Positions 39,276 to 53,117 of a stretch of DNA of 64,000 bases are shown here, piece after piece (position 1 is the first letter of the stretch; every line of letters begins with the position of its first letter). The position numbers and the translations under genes are program-made. Under the pieces are notes generated by a model, which saw only the letters and a list, made by a program, of their open reading frames with translations, searched no databases and had not been told where the DNA came from. The DNA comes from Octopus sinensis. Its lineage: Eukaryota. The stretch lies in NCBI RefSeq assembly GCF_006345805.1, contig NC_043001.1, positions 122,760,001 through 122,824,000 on the forward strand. The letters run 5' to 3'.

Positions 39276-40046
39276 TATTTATAGCTTTGTATGCTTCGAG
39301 ATCCATCGTCAAATTATATATGTAATAATATATAAATATTAAGCACAAGACTAAGGAAGGTCGAAATCACGAGATCTAATGGTCACGGCTCTGGAGATGG
39401 TGGGAATTTATCTCCCCGCCTGCGATATAAACAAAAGCGTATTTTGCACCAAAAGACCATGTGAGAGTTTCTCTCGTGGTAACTACCGCAGTATAGTTTG
39501 TTCTAACAGAACATTTACGTTTAAGTGGAGACAAATAGATTTAATATCTAAATGTAAAATAAAATTAAAAAATCTAAATATAACTATAGTCTCTAAATAT
39601 AGCTCCTTTCACTTCAATCATTCTGTCTCTCTTTCTCTCTCTCTCTCGCTCTCCCCCCACACATACACACATTCACACTCACATACACACTCACATACGC
39701 ACACACACACACACACACATACACACACACACACAGGGTCTCACTTTCGCTCGCTTTCTCTGTTGGTATCTATCCCAATCTAAATGAAACTATTTACAGT
39801 GTATCAGATTCTCACAAAAGGTTATCTATCTAACCCACAAAATATTTGAGAGATTCGGCAAAAACAATATTACTCTTGAATAGTGAATCATTCGACAGTA
39901 TCTGGATTAAGACCTTAGTCTAGTGGTTCTCGGTCTGACATACAACAGATTCCAAGTCTCAATAACCAAAATAAATGTGTACAGAATTTTGGCACCCCCT
40001 CTTATTATGAACTGTTTACTATTTTAGACTAAGAGAGAGACCGATA

Positions 40047-40457
40047 CCTATTTCTTTATTACCCACAAGGGGCTAAACACAGAGAGGACAAACAAGGACA
40101 GACACACGGATTAAGTCGATTATATCGACCTCAGTGCATACCTGGTACTTAATTTATCAACCCCAAAAGGATGAAAGGCAAAGTCGACCTCGGTGGAATT
40201 TTAACACAGAACGTAGCGGCAGACGAAATACCTATTTCTTTACTACCCAGAAGGGGCTAAACACAGAGAGGACAAACAAGGACAGACACACGGATTAAGT
40301 CGATTATATCGACCCCAGTGCGTAACTGGTACTTTTTTAATCGACCCCGAAAGGACGAAAGGCAAAGTCGACCTCGGCAGAATTTGAACGTAGCAGCAGA
40401 CGAAATATCGCACAGCACTTCGCCCGGTGTGCTAACTTTTCTGCCAGCTTGCCGCCT
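40047..40457 (-). mobile_element. SINE-A dimer with TSD
   Basis: GAGAG(A/G)CCGATACC on both flanks; internal junction GACGAAATACCTATTTC. Confidence 0.85.
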
Positions 40458-40651
40458 TGAGAGGCCGATACCATTGACCACATTACTAGTCTGGTACTTT
40501 ATTTTATCGAGCCCGGTCAGCTGCGAGGTAAAGTTAACCTCTCCGGAATTTCAACTCAGAACGCAAAGAGCCGGGAGAAATACCGCAATGTATTTTTCTG
40601 ACGCGCTCTAGCGCGCCGTCCTCTCTCTCTCTCCATCACCATCTCCCTCTC

Positions 40652-40691
<40 letters not shown>

Positions 40692-40821
40692 GATAATGAC
40701 AAGACAAAAAATTGGCATTCCTATAACATTTGCCCATGGTTTTGAATATAAAATGTTTAAAACACCCCAATTTTATAAAACAGCGCAAAACATCTGCTCC
40801 CTCCACAGGCATTGGAGTAGC

Positions 40822-41022
40822 TTTGTAGTAAGTAGCTTGCTTACCAGCCACATGGTTCCAGGTTCAGTCCTACTGCATGGCACCTTGGGCAAGTGTCTTC
40901 TACTATAGCCTCGGGTCGACCAAAGCCCTGTGAGTGGATTTTGCTTTTGCAGACGGAAACTGAAAGAAGCCCGTCGTATATATGTATATATATATATATT
41001 ATATGTGTGTGTGTGTGTGTGT

Positions 41023-41060
<38 letters not shown>

Positions 41061-41253
41061 TATCCCTCCAACGACGCTTGACAACCGTTGGTGGTGTGTT
41101 TACGTCACCATAACTTAGCGGTTCGGCAAAAGAGACCGATAGAATAAGTACTACGCTTACAAAGAATAAATCCTGGGGTCGTGTTGCTCGACTAAAGGCG
41201 GTGCTCCAGCATAGTCACAGTCAAGTGACTGAAACAAGTAAAAGAGTAAAGAG
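40822..41253 (+). mobile_element. SINE-B
   Basis: Family similarity. Confidence 0.9.
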
Positions 41254-41977
41254 TCAAGAGTGTTCACACAACCATCAGAAATAACGTCCTAGTTAACACG
41301 TATCAGCTTCATGGATTGACACTTTTTTATGGCATGCATTCTCTCAAATCTCATATATTACAAGATCCCGTTATGAATCCTACGTTCTTCCGTTCATACA
41401 TTTTCAAGGAACCTACCGTAAATTTCGTGCGCATGTGTATGCGTTTTTGTGTTTCCTCTTCCCGCTCTCTCTAAACAGTAATTTGCTTAATAACTTCCGC
41501 AGCTGATGAGACACTAAAGGACAGCAGCGGCCAGCTGTTACATGGTCATTGTATATTTCTATGACTTTTTGTTGTAGAGCTACGTTTTTTGAATTAGGTT
41601 CTGACAAGGTTCTACAGATCTGTTAGTAAATAAGGAGACAATAAAAGCGAGCAACGCTTGTGTTATGGGACAAAATAGAAGGAAAACAGATGCATTTTTG
41701 ACGTTGCCGTATGTGTTTCGAGGTGTCTGTATGCGTGCATTTGTTATAAATTATACAAAGTACTTAGCTCTTGATGCCTTATATAAGTTACATTTGCAAT
41801 AACAATGCACAAGGATATATATAGTAGGAATGAGCAATCTGTGGGAGCAGGTCAGAACCAACAAAGACTACGTCGTCTTAACATAAAATTCTTCATCATT
41901 TCACTGCCACGGTGTCGTGTCCACAGCAACAACTCAACATAACTTACCCATCGCTAATTACACAACATCAACAACAG

Positions 41978-42290
41978 TGGAGGCGCAATGGCCCAGTGGT
42001 TAGGGCAGCGGACTCGCGGTCGGAGGATCGCGGTTTCGATTCCCAGACTGGGTGTTGCGTGTGTTTATTGAGCGAAAACACCTAAAGCTCCATGAAGCTC
42101 CGGCAGGGGGGGGGGTGAACCCTGTTGTACTCTTTCGCTCCAACTTTCTCTCACTCTTTCTTCCTGTTTCTAGTCCCCGACTTCCTACGCAACCGCTGAG
42201 CCTGGATGCGCATTCATCCATCTGTCGATGCTCTCGGTGTCGGAAGTTGACCTGCTTTCTCTTCTGCGAGTCTTACGAATAGCAAAGGAC
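41978..42290 (+). mobile_element. SINE-C with tail C
   Basis: A-box TGGCCCAGTGG, B-box GTTTCGATTCC. Confidence 0.85.
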
Positions 42291-42555
42291 CACATTTTGG
42301 CCTTCTCCCACTACAGAGGTGCGATCTTGCGAGCTCTGGGACGATGACCGCTTTGCTCAACATCAACATCACGTTTGAACTTGAAATAGAAGACTGTCGC
42401 TCAAATAGTCTTCTGTCAATGGAGACGTCCTGAGAAGCTCCTGGCTGACTGACTATGAGCTCCGTTCGTTCATAGATATAATTTCAGTGAAAATATTGCA
42501 TAATATGTACACACAGGAGACGTTTGATAAATTTGGCTGCTGTTTCTTGTAGGTC

Positions 42556-42975
42556 AAGTGATTACAAAGGTTAATAAAATTATTAACCATCTTACAAACA
42601 ATAACTCTGAGCACCTTTTCAAACTCCACCTGTCTAACATCCGTGGACATGTTTACAAAGTCAGAAAACAGCACAGTTCCCATGGCTTTCGGAAGCATTT
42701 TTTCACGCTAAGAGTTGCTGAAGCATGGAACAAACTGCCGGCATCAGTTGTTAGTTGTCAGAGCACTGCATCCTTCAAAACTTCCATGCTCCCTGAGATT
42801 TGCCAACACTACACCTGATTTTCTCCCCTCCATACACACGCAAACATGTATCTGACTCATACACTGTTCGCTTTCCAGACATTCGTACATTATTGCATAT
42901 ACTTTATACGCACTTTTGACAAGTTGTGGTGCACCTGAGCACTGTATACAATAATTTCATTATTTCATTATTATT
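42556..42975 (+). mobile_element. CR1-clade LINE 3' end (ORF2 C-terminus, 3' UTR, (ATT) tail)
   Basis: RGHVYKVRK..RKHFFTLRVAEAWNKLPASVV..S..SFK matches the CR1 ORF2 terminal motif. Confidence 0.85.
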
Positions 42976-43282
42976 ATTACAAAGAGGTTCGCTCATTGGA
43001 TAAATGTTGTTGTTGTTGTTTATCCTCCACCATCAACTCTGATGGAGCAGATCAATAACGATTATATTTTGTTTTGATCCAGCATTCGACTAACAACATA
43101 TTTTGATTTGGAGATGACACTATGTATCTTGACCCATACTATCCAACATAATTAGGAGTATTGGCTGTTATTTCTAGCAGGTTGTACGATCACTCAGAAA
43201 CACCTCCCGTTATATATACATACACACACACACACACGCACATATCATATATATATATATATATATATATACATTAAGTACC

Positions 43283-43625
43283 TTGTTTACCAACCACATG
43301 TTTTCGGGTTCAGTCCCACTGCGTGGCACCTTGGGCAAGTGTCTTCTACTATTGCCTCGGGCCGACCAAAGCTTTGTGAGTCGATTTGGTTGACGGAAAC
43401 TGAAAGAAGCCCGTCGTATATATATATGTTTGTGTGTCTGTGTTTGTATGCCTAACATCGCTTGACAACTCATGCTGGTGTGTTTACTTCCCCGTCACTT
43501 AGCGGTTTGGAAAGAGAGACCGATGGAATAAGTACTAGGCTTACAAGGAATAAGTCCTGGGGGTCGATTTGCTCAACTAAAGGCGGTGCTCCAGCATGGC
43601 CGCAGTCAAATAACTGAAAAGAAAT
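43283..43625 (+). mobile_element. SINE-B, 5'-truncated
   Basis: Family similarity. Confidence 0.85.
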
Positions 43626-43804
43626 AAAATAAAAGAAAAGGAAAAGAAATTAAGCATAAAACAATTGTGCGCATTTTGAGGTACAGAATGTAAACTGTGA
43701 TCGCTAACTTTTTGTTATGTCGAGTCTTTATGAGTACAGGTATATATCTGCGCGTACATAGCAAGACTAGGTGATATGGTTGCTTTTGTCCTGTATATAT
43801 ATAT

Positions 43805-43848
<44 letters not shown>

Positions 43849-44689
43849 ATATATACATACACACACAAACATATATATGTATATGTATGTGTGTGTGTAT
43901 GTATCTTCGATGTGTGTGTGGTTATCTAAGGTTGCGTGGTGCGCTACCCTACAAAGAGATGTAGGTCAAATATATTTTATGACCGGATATGTCATAAAGA
44001 ATAAAGCCGGTGAAACGACTATAGTGTCTCCTTTAATAATCATGTACCGGTAGACAGAGAGTCTGTCGAATGTCAACTCACACCTATATAGAACAAACAG
44101 TAGCAACGAAGTGCACCAGCAATAAACCCTCTAGAACAAAACTATCAACAACAACAATAGCAACATCGTCGGCCATAAAGGACTGATAATAGCAAGAACA
44201 ACAATAATAATACAATAAAATAAAGTAAAAATAATTTTTGCTTCGTTAGCAAGAAAGTAGATAATAGTTGCTGTTGTGAGTTCCTCTCGCTTCAGCAACA
44301 AACGTTAACAGACGAACTATCAACAGCTGAGCCCTGTTTGTATGTCCTTATGAGATGAATAGGCTGAGGCTAACTTGCGGAGAAGTACAAGGGTGGGGAA
44401 TTTCCCATAGCTTTTCACAACACAACAGACCTCAGCCTTGCTTTGGTGAGTCCTCTAAAATCCATCATCTACCTCAGTTGTGGAAGATCAATTTCTATCC
44501 CAGATATCTCTCAATTGGCAATAATTTTAATTCTTTACTCTTTACTCTTTTACTTGTTTCATGCTGGAGCACCGCCTTAAGTCGAGCAAATCGATCCCAG
44601 GACTTATTCTTTGTAAGCCTAGTACTTATTCTATCGGTCGCTTTTGCCGAACCGCTAAGTTACGGGGACGTAAACACACCAGCTTTTTC

Positions 44690-45215
44690 TGTCTTCGCAA
44701 GCCGGTCTTCAGAATGCGTTCTAATGAATTTTTCCACCGTCTAGGCTTAAAAAAAGCCCTTGTTGTTGGTTTCCTTGTCCTGTCTTTTACTGTTTTTATC
44801 TTTATTTGTACTGTTTTTTTCTTTATTTGTATTGCTTTTGCGTCCTGTTCTTGTCACCTTTTTTTACCCCTCCGCAAATTTTTTTTATTTAATTCATTTG
44901 CGGAAAGGATTGTTTCAACGTGGTCGTGTTCTGCCCTTACCTTCGAAAGACGCAATGAGTCGAAACAGGGGCAGCTGAAGAAGGGGAATGTTCCCTCTGT
45001 TGTTTGTCTTGTACTCTGTTTTTTCGTTGTTAAAAAAGTCCGTTTCCTTGTTTTGCTTTTATGTTTTCGTTTCTCGTTGTGTTCTACGTTTATTGTGGTG
45101 TCCTGTACTCATATATGCATGTATATATACATATAGATGTAGGTATGTATACATATGTTTTATTTATTAAATTGTTATTATATGATCGAACGCACGCGTC
45201 GTTGTCTTCTTCTTC
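44690..45215. mobile_element. Probable PLE-like terminal segment (T-rich, degenerate hammerhead-like words)
   Basis: GACGCAATGAGTCGAAAC, CTGAAGA words; abuts microsatellite. Confidence 0.3.
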
Positions 45216-45313
45216 CAAGTAAGTTTTATATATTTATATATATGTAGAGAGAGAGAAAGAGAGAGAGAGAGAATGCTAAGAGCAAGGTCTAATATCTACT
45301 CCTAACAGTTATA

Positions 45314-45351
<38 letters not shown>

Positions 45352-45499
45352 AGGTCCTGGGAGGTAGAGAGATGAGCTGTTTCCAATGCAGCCTCGAACC
45401 GGAGGTTCAGGCTATTTACACTGACTAATATTGAAATTTTACAGGTTTAGAAAATTCTGGTATCACGACAGTAAAACCGTTGTGTGAGTTTAGTAGAGA

Positions 45500-46340
45500 A
45501 TAAAATATAATACAAACTAGAAGACAATGAAAGACCTTATCACATCTTTAATGATCGGTTACAATTTTTCCTGTACCAACTCTGCTTTCAACGCCAGTTC
45601 ATGCAAAAGTTCCAAGTAAAAAGATGGCGTAATATTTGCGGTTTTAAATATTGGAGTGGCACTTCTTCAGACCTGCATCAAAGGTGCGCTCTTGCATTGT
45701 GTCTTTGCCAGACCTTGTGTTTTGCTTACGTCGGGATGAAGTAAAATGTAACTAAAGATGAAAATGTAAATAGGAAATGAAAAGATGAACAGGTAAAGCA
45801 AAGAGCCAATCAATACCTATTTCTTTACTACCCACAAGGGGCTAAACACAGAGAGGACAAACAAGGACAGACAAACGGATTAAGTCGATTGCATTGACCC
45901 CAGTGCGTAACTGGTACTTAATTTATCGACCCCGAAAGGATGAAAGGCAAAGTCGACCTCAGCGGAATTTGAACTCAGAACGTAACGGGAGACGAAATAC
46001 GGGTACGCATTTCGCCCGGCGTGCTAACATTTCTGCCAGCTCGCCGCCTTAGAGCCAATCAATACCATTGCCCAGTCCATCTTTTCACAGTTTATTTACA
46101 TTTTTATCTTTATTTACTTTTTGTTTCCTCCTGATATATCAAAACCACAAAGTCTGGCAGGCACACAGTGTAAGGGTGCACCTTTGACGCAGGTCTGAAG
46201 AAGTGACTTTCCAATGTTTAAAGCCGCAAATATTACGTAATCTTTTTACTTGGACTTTTACGTGAATTGGTACAGAAGCAATTGCAACCGATCGCTAAAG
46301 ATGTGTTAAAGTCTTTCTTGACCTTCTTATTTGGATTTTA
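45500..46340. mobile_element. Old fold-back element (~290-bp diverged arms) with SINE-A (45818-46050) in the centre
   Basis: CTTCTTCAGACCTGCATCAAAGGTG vs CACCTTTGACGCAGGTCTGAAGAAG; SINE TSD AGAGCCAATCAATACC at 45802-45817 and 46051-46066. Confidence 0.8.
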
Positions 46341-46424
46341 TACACACACACACACATACACGGGCACACACACACTCACACACAGGCACACACACACACA
46401 GATATATCTATATACACACATACA

Positions 46425-46633
46425 TACTCTTTTACTTGTTTCAGTCATTTGATTGTGGCCATGCTGAAGCACCGCCCTTAGTCGAGCAAATCGACCCCAG
46501 GACTTATTCTTTGTAGGCTTAGTACTTATTCTATCGATGTCAAGCGATGTTGGGGGGGACAAACACACACACACACATACATACATACATATATACACAC
46601 AAAGACACACATACATACATACATATATGCACA

Positions 46634-46703
<70 letters not shown>

Positions 46704-46875
46704 TAATATACGACAGGTTTCTTTCAGTTTCCGTCTACCAAATCCACTCACAAGATTTTGGTCGGCCCGAGGCTATAGTAGAAGACACTGGCATAAGGTG
46801 CCATGCAGTGGGACTGAAGCCAGAACCATGTGGTTCGTAAGCAAGCTACTTACCACACAGCCACTCCTACGCCTA
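46425..46875 (-). mobile_element. SINE-B
   Basis: Family similarity. Confidence 0.9.
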
Positions 46876-47221
46876 CGCCTACATATTAATAATATTCATA
46901 TATTGGTTTCAAATTTTGGTTAAATCCCAGTAATTCCGGGGGTGGGGTGGGGAAGTCGTTTACTTTGAGCCCAGTACTCAACTGGTACTTATTTTATCGA
47001 TCTCGAAAGGATGAAAGGCAAAGTTGAACTTGGCTGGATTTGAAATCAGAACATAAGAGTTAAAATGAAAAAAAGTGCGAAGGATTCTATCCGACACACT
47101 AACAACGTTTAATTCACTTCATACATGTAAGTATGTGTGCGTGCATATATTTGTGTATCTACACACATACACGCACGTATGTATGCACATAGTACATGTG
47201 TGCGTGCGTGTATATATATAT

Positions 47222-47300
<79 letters not shown>

Positions 47301-47419
47301 GACATTTAGGGATCAGTTTATGTTGGATATATTGAGAGTCGTTCGATTCGTGAAAAGTGTTTAACAAGTTAAACCATTAAGTGGCTGGAATACTTTTATT
47401 TTTCTCTGATGAGATCAAG

Positions 47420-48310
47420 ACCCAAAAATAAACTGGAGGAACGACAAATGATTATGCAGAGACCCAAATGAGGTACCAGTCATACTAAGTTCCCTGCAAC
47501 TGTGATGGTTCTGGGAAAAATCAGCAACGGATGAGATACCACGCCTCCTCACTGTTTTCATAGGGCTTTAAGAGCCAATGCTGCTGTCTACAAAGAGGTG
47601 TTGGACAAAGTTATGGGGCCCTGGATAGAGAGGGTACGCTACGGCAAATCTTAGGTCTTCTAACAAGACTATGCACCGTCTTATAAGATTAGGACATTCC
47701 ATTCAATGAGCTGCCACAAAAAATTGATTTGTTAGAACTTGAGCCATATATGAGATATTAAAAGAAAAAATTAATTACTTGTTTTTTTTTTTAAAAAAGG
47801 GGGGGAAAATGAAAGGAAAAAGTTTTTGAAACAACGATAATTAAGAAAATAACAAAAGCTAGTGACTGTATGTACAAACGTTCAAATGGTACTGCATGAG
47901 GTGTGGGGCCCATGCAGCCATTCATTTTCATTATTATATAATATTCATACTCATTCGTTTGTGTTTTTTGTCCCCGCTGTGGTGTTGTGTTTGTCCTTGT
48001 AGTGTCCCCACTGTGGTGTTGTGTCTGTCCTTGTAGTGTCCCCTCTGTGTTAGTGGCCTGCGTGCCAAAATAAAGAAAATTTCCATGGTCATGTACTTCT
48101 ACTGCACCAGACCTCAATCCACTGGACTACTACGTATGGAGCGAAGTCGAGAGAGAGGTCAATCAAAGCACCCATAACATCATAAATCTCTCAAGTCTGC
48201 CATAACCAGCACTGTGTCCAAAATTGATAAAGTTCATCTGATTCGGGCATGTCAGCGCATCCGATCCAGTATCCAGTATTAATGCTAATAGTGGATTCAT
48301 TAAATATGTG
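47420..48310 (+). pseudogene. maT/rosa-like Tc1/mariner transposase pseudogene split by a ~360-bp insert
   Basis: TKFPATVMVLG..PPH..LRANAAVYKEVL..PWI..VF*QDYAPSYK (47490-47690) and PDLNPLDYYVWSEVERE..RACQR (48105-48300), with stop codons. Confidence 0.8.
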
Positions 48311-48370
48311 TGATAAAAAGATACTCAAGATTATTTGTACGAATTTGTTAAATATATATTTGTATATAGT

Positions 48371-48885
48371 AGAGGAGCACTCCGTCGGTTACGACGACGA
48401 GGGTCCCAACTGATACGATCAACGGAACGGCCTGCTCGTGAAATTAACAAGCAAGTTGTCGAGCATTCCACAGACACGTGTACCCTTAACGCAGCCCTCA
48501 GGGACATTCAGCGTGACGCAGAGTGTGACAAGGTTGGTCCTTTGAATTATAAGTACTACTCATTTTTGCTAGCTGAGCGGACTGGAGCAACGTGAAAATA
48601 AAGTGTCTTGCTCAAGAATAAAATGCGCCACCGGGAATTGAACTCACGGTCCTACATTTGTGAACCCAATATCCCAACCACTAACCCATGCGCCTTCACA
48701 CACACACACATATATATATATATACACGACGGGCTTCTTTCAGTTTCCGTCTACCAAATCCACTCACAAGGCTTTGGTCGGCCCGAGGCTATAGTAGAAG
48801 ACACTTGCGCAAGGTGCCACGCAGTGGGACTGAACCCGGAACCATGTGGTTGGTAAGCAAGCTACTTACCACACAGCCACTCCTT
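48371..48885 (-). mobile_element. SINE-D (48371-48698) and SINE-B 5' half (48724-48885)
   Basis: Family similarity. Confidence 0.85.
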
Positions 48886-49399
48886 AGACATGTGTCATTA
48901 AATAATTTTATAGTATCTTTACGAAATATGTTTAATTCATCGCTACTACTTATATCACGTGAGACTTAGGTAGCCTTCTCTCTAATGATCTCTTAGCAAG
49001 GTGCTCTTTATCCTCTTTCATCCTTTACTTGCTTCAGTCAATGAACTGCGGCTATGCTGGAGCACCATTATAAGTTGGTTTTTTTGTTGGCTCAGTTTGT
49101 GTCTGTCTGTGTGCGTGCGTGTATGTATGTGAGTGCGTGTGTGTGTGAGTGTGTGTACATGCCTGTGTATGTGTGTGCGTGTACATACGTGTGCGTGCGT
49201 GTGTGTACGTTTCTCAATGATATTGCTGGTTCAATGCTATGCAAAAACTGTTGTTGCTGTTGTCGCTTGGATGTTTGGAGTCTTCTCTGATCAAGTAGAC
49301 CTAGGGTCAAAGTTGATTCAGCTCCACCCGCTCGTTTTCTTTGTTCTATCAGTAATTATACGCCTCAGAGCATCCTTCCTCTTTTAAGACAATAGCATA

Positions 49400-49633
49400 T
49401 ATATTTCTTTACTACCAACAAGGGGCTAAACACAGATGGGACAAACAAGGACAGACAAAGGGATTAAGTCGATTACATCGACCCCAGTGCGTAACTGGTA
49501 CTTAATTTATCGACCCTGAAAGGATGAAAGGCAAAGTCGACCTCGGCGGAATTTGAACTCAGAACGTAACGGCAGACGAAATACGGCTACGCATTTCGCT
49601 CGACGTGCTAACGTTTCTGCCAGCTCGCCGCCT
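49400..49633 (-). mobile_element. SINE-A, full length, TSD TTAAGACAATAGC
   Basis: Duplication on both flanks. Confidence 0.9.
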
Positions 49634-49663
49634 TCTTAAGACAATAGCGTATAATTCAATGAG

Positions 49664-50042
49664 TGGAGGCGCAATGGCCCAGTGGTTAGGGCAGCGGACT
49701 CGCCGTCGTAGGATCGCGGTTTCGATTCCCAGACCGGGCGTTGTGAGTGTTTATTGAGCGAAAACACCTAAAGCTCCACGAGGCTCCGGCAGGGATGGTG
49801 GTGATCCCTGCTGTACTCTTTCACCACAACTTTCTCTCACTCTTACTTCCTGTTTCTGTTGTACCTGTATTTCAAAGGGCCGGCCTTGTCACTCTCTGTG
49901 TCACGATGAATATCCCCGAGAACTACGTTAAGGGTACACGTGTCTGTGGAGTGCTCAGCCACTTACACGTTAATTTCACGAGCCGGCTGTTCCGTTGATC
50001 GGATCAACCGGAACCCTCATCGTCGTAACCGACGGAGTGCTT
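49664..50042 (+). mobile_element. Chimeric SINE: SINE-C head/body with tail D
   Basis: Matches 41978 to ..CTTCCTGTTTC, then matches the 9293 tail. Confidence 0.85.
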
Positions 50043-51844
50043 CCACCATCAATTCAATGAAGATTTAACTGCTGTTTCTAGCATGTTAAGCTACCACGTA
50101 GAGGTTCACTTCAATGCTGGTAGGTAAGAGAACTCACAAAAATTTGTATGGGATCCATTTAGCAAGGTTGTCGACTTGAAATCTGTAGCTGAGACAATTT
50201 GGGCGTTTTCAAGTTGTGTTTTGCACAAAGACCTCTTTTCATTCTCTAGTTTCAATCTTTTGGGTAAATTTCGTTCGGTGACGACGAGCACCTGCCAGTA
50301 AGTGACGATGGAAAATCTCCTACAGATGTTGTACGCTGTGCCTTTTGCTGTACAAGCAAGCTGTAGCACAACCTTTTGTAAACCTCTTCAGGTGTTGCAA
50401 ATCAGACACAAATAAAAGTTACGAACATAAAATATAAATAAGAGAGAGAGAGAGACGGTGGTAACAAAACGAAAAGTAACATTCACACAGACACTAATAC
50501 AAAACTATCTGTATATGCACATGTTTATTGGAGTGAAGAGAAAAGAGTAACATGTTTTCGAGAAAGAAAATAACAAAAAATAACAAACAAAAAAAAAACA
50601 CTACAAACAATCACTTTTTCATATGCTGCAGTGCAGTCGAAATCCTTAGAAATTCGAATAAAAAGCTGAGTGACTATAAAATAAGCAGTTATTCAATTGA
50701 ACGAGAACTATTCAGAATCTGCAGAGCAGATAAGTTTATTTTTATTGCAGTATTATTTGCTTTATTCAATCAATTTTCTAATACTTTTCATTTGGTTTTT
50801 ACTCCATGCTCATTGCGAACCCATATCAATCCTGTTTGGTCTCAGATTTGCTATTTCTGTTTATTCGTCTTTATTATTTTTTTTTTTACTTCAGTATATG
50901 GAACATTGTGTATTTTTCTTTTCACTCTTTTAAAACTTTGTTAAATAGTAAATATGTAGCACCCTTGGCAGTGGCTTGTAATCATAATAGGAATCTCTGT
51001 TGTTCTACTTCATTGTGTGGTAACGAAAGTACATCAAGTGTTGAAGTGTCGATAAAGTAACAACTTCAGAACATGGTGTAACAGTTATTTTTCACAAGAA
51101 TTAGATACCACAGGGGCTAAAATAGCGCCCAACTAACAAACTTTAACATTATTTTCAATGATTGCAAACAAGCAAGTTTGTCGCTGTTAAATAAAACAAA
51201 ACGAAGTAAAAGGATAGGCATTTTTGCAATTATATTGTGTTTACTCTGCAAAACTTTAAAAATTGATCGGGAAACAGTTGCTATTTTAAAGTTTTCGTGT
51301 ATTGTACTAAGACAGAAATATTTACAAGAGATACCTTCTGTGTCCAACAACATCGCAGTTCATGTTTCTATTAAAACATTAGTCTTGTAATTCTCATCGA
51401 TTCTTTCGAGAATTGTATGCTTGTAAAAAGGCTACGAACTGGTGTAGATTTAAAGTTGCGAATTATTGTTTACAAACTGAAATTTTATATATATATTGAT
51501 TAGTCCCAAAGTAGGTTTTGCTTAGAATTGATTCTTGATTGTAATCTCATTATTTTATAGATGATGTTCAGTTTGGTTTTTCAGAGTCAATAATTAAAAT
51601 ATATGATTATGACTAACGACCATGTTCATCGTTCATCTCCCATTTCCGACTGGTGTGTTGTAATCAGCAAATCTCTACGCGGTCTAAATGCACCCGATCA
51701 CATTCAAGCTAATAGAGCAAGCAATGGAGAGTAGGAGAGAAGCTGTTATCATGTAAAATTTGCGATGTAGTTTCAACTGCCAGTGAAAACTATTTCATTT
51801 ATATTACTTGAGTTCTTGGAAAAGAGAGGAATGCTACATGCTAC

Positions 51845-52260
51845 CTATTTCTTTACTACCCGCAAGGGACAAACAAGGACAGACAAACAAGGACAGACAA
51901 AAGGATTAAGTCGATTACATCGATCTCAGTGCGTAACTGGTACTTATTTAATCGACCCCGAAAGGATGAAAGGCAAAGTCGACCTCGGCGGAATTTGAAC
52001 TCAGAACTTAGTGGCAGACAAAATACCTATTTCTTTACTACCCACAAGGGGCTAAACACAGAGAGGACAAACAAGGACAGACAAACGGATTAAGTCGATT
52101 ACATCGACCTCAGGGTGTAACTGGTACTTGTTTAATCGACCCCGAAAGGATGAAAGGCAAAGTCGACCTCGGCGGAATTTGAACTCAGAACGTAACGGCA
52201 GGCAAAATACCGCTAAGCATTTCGAGCAGCGGGCTAACGTTTCTGCCAGCTCGCCGCCTT
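51845..52260 (-). mobile_element. SINE-A dimer
   Basis: Junction GACAAAATACCTATTTC near 52020. Confidence 0.9.
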
Positions 52261-52406
52261 ATATGCTACATACTACCACTAGAATAACAGCACAGAATTT
52301 GTGAAAAAAAAGTATCTTTTATAAATGTTTACTACCTTAAAGTAACTATATCAACTAATCAAGTGATCTTCTCTAAATGCTTTCTAAATGCATTAAAAAC
52401 TATAAC

Positions 52407-52845
52407 ATAGGCGTAGGAGTGGCTGTGTGGTAAGTAGCTTGCTTACGAACCACATGGTTCCAGGTTCAGTCCCACTGCGTAGCACCTTGGGCAAGTGTCT
52501 TCTACTATAGTATTCTACTATAGCCTTCTACTATGGCCGACCAAAGCCTTGTGAGTGGATTTGGTTGACGGAAACTGAAAGAAGCCCGTCGTATATATGT
52601 ATATATATATATGTATATATATATATGTATGTGCGTGTATATGTTTGTCTGTGTTTGTTCCCCCAACATCGCTTGACAACCGATGCTGGTGTGTTTACGT
52701 CCCCGTAACTTAGCGGTTCGGCAAAAGAGACCGATAGAATAAATACTAGGCTTCCAAAGAATAAGTTCTGGGGTCGATTTGCTCGACTAAAGGCGGTGCT
52801 CCAGCATGGCCACAGTCAAATGACTGAAATGAGTAAAAGAGTAAA
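52407..52845 (+). mobile_element. SINE-B, full length
   Basis: Family similarity. Confidence 0.9.
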
Positions 52846-53117
52846 TAGAACACTATTTCAGAATATTACCTTCGCTTTCTTTGAGCATGCAAAAGACAAA
52901 TTAATGTGGGGTAGAATGAATAAGGCAACGTAAGATAAATTTCCTCTTCAATTCTACAGAATTACATTTGAATAAAGACTCATACACATCAATATCTAAC
53001 CTTACTCAGAACGATCGGAAATGCAACAAAAATTTTGAATATCTAGGTCAAATGAAAAATGGCTCATTATCTGAAATTAACGGGACTCGACTAAATCTAC
53101 AAACACAGCATACCATA

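Noticed and set aside
44561-45136. 191-aa ORF
   Set aside because: Starts in SINE-B and continues through a T-rich repeat segment; compositional ORF.
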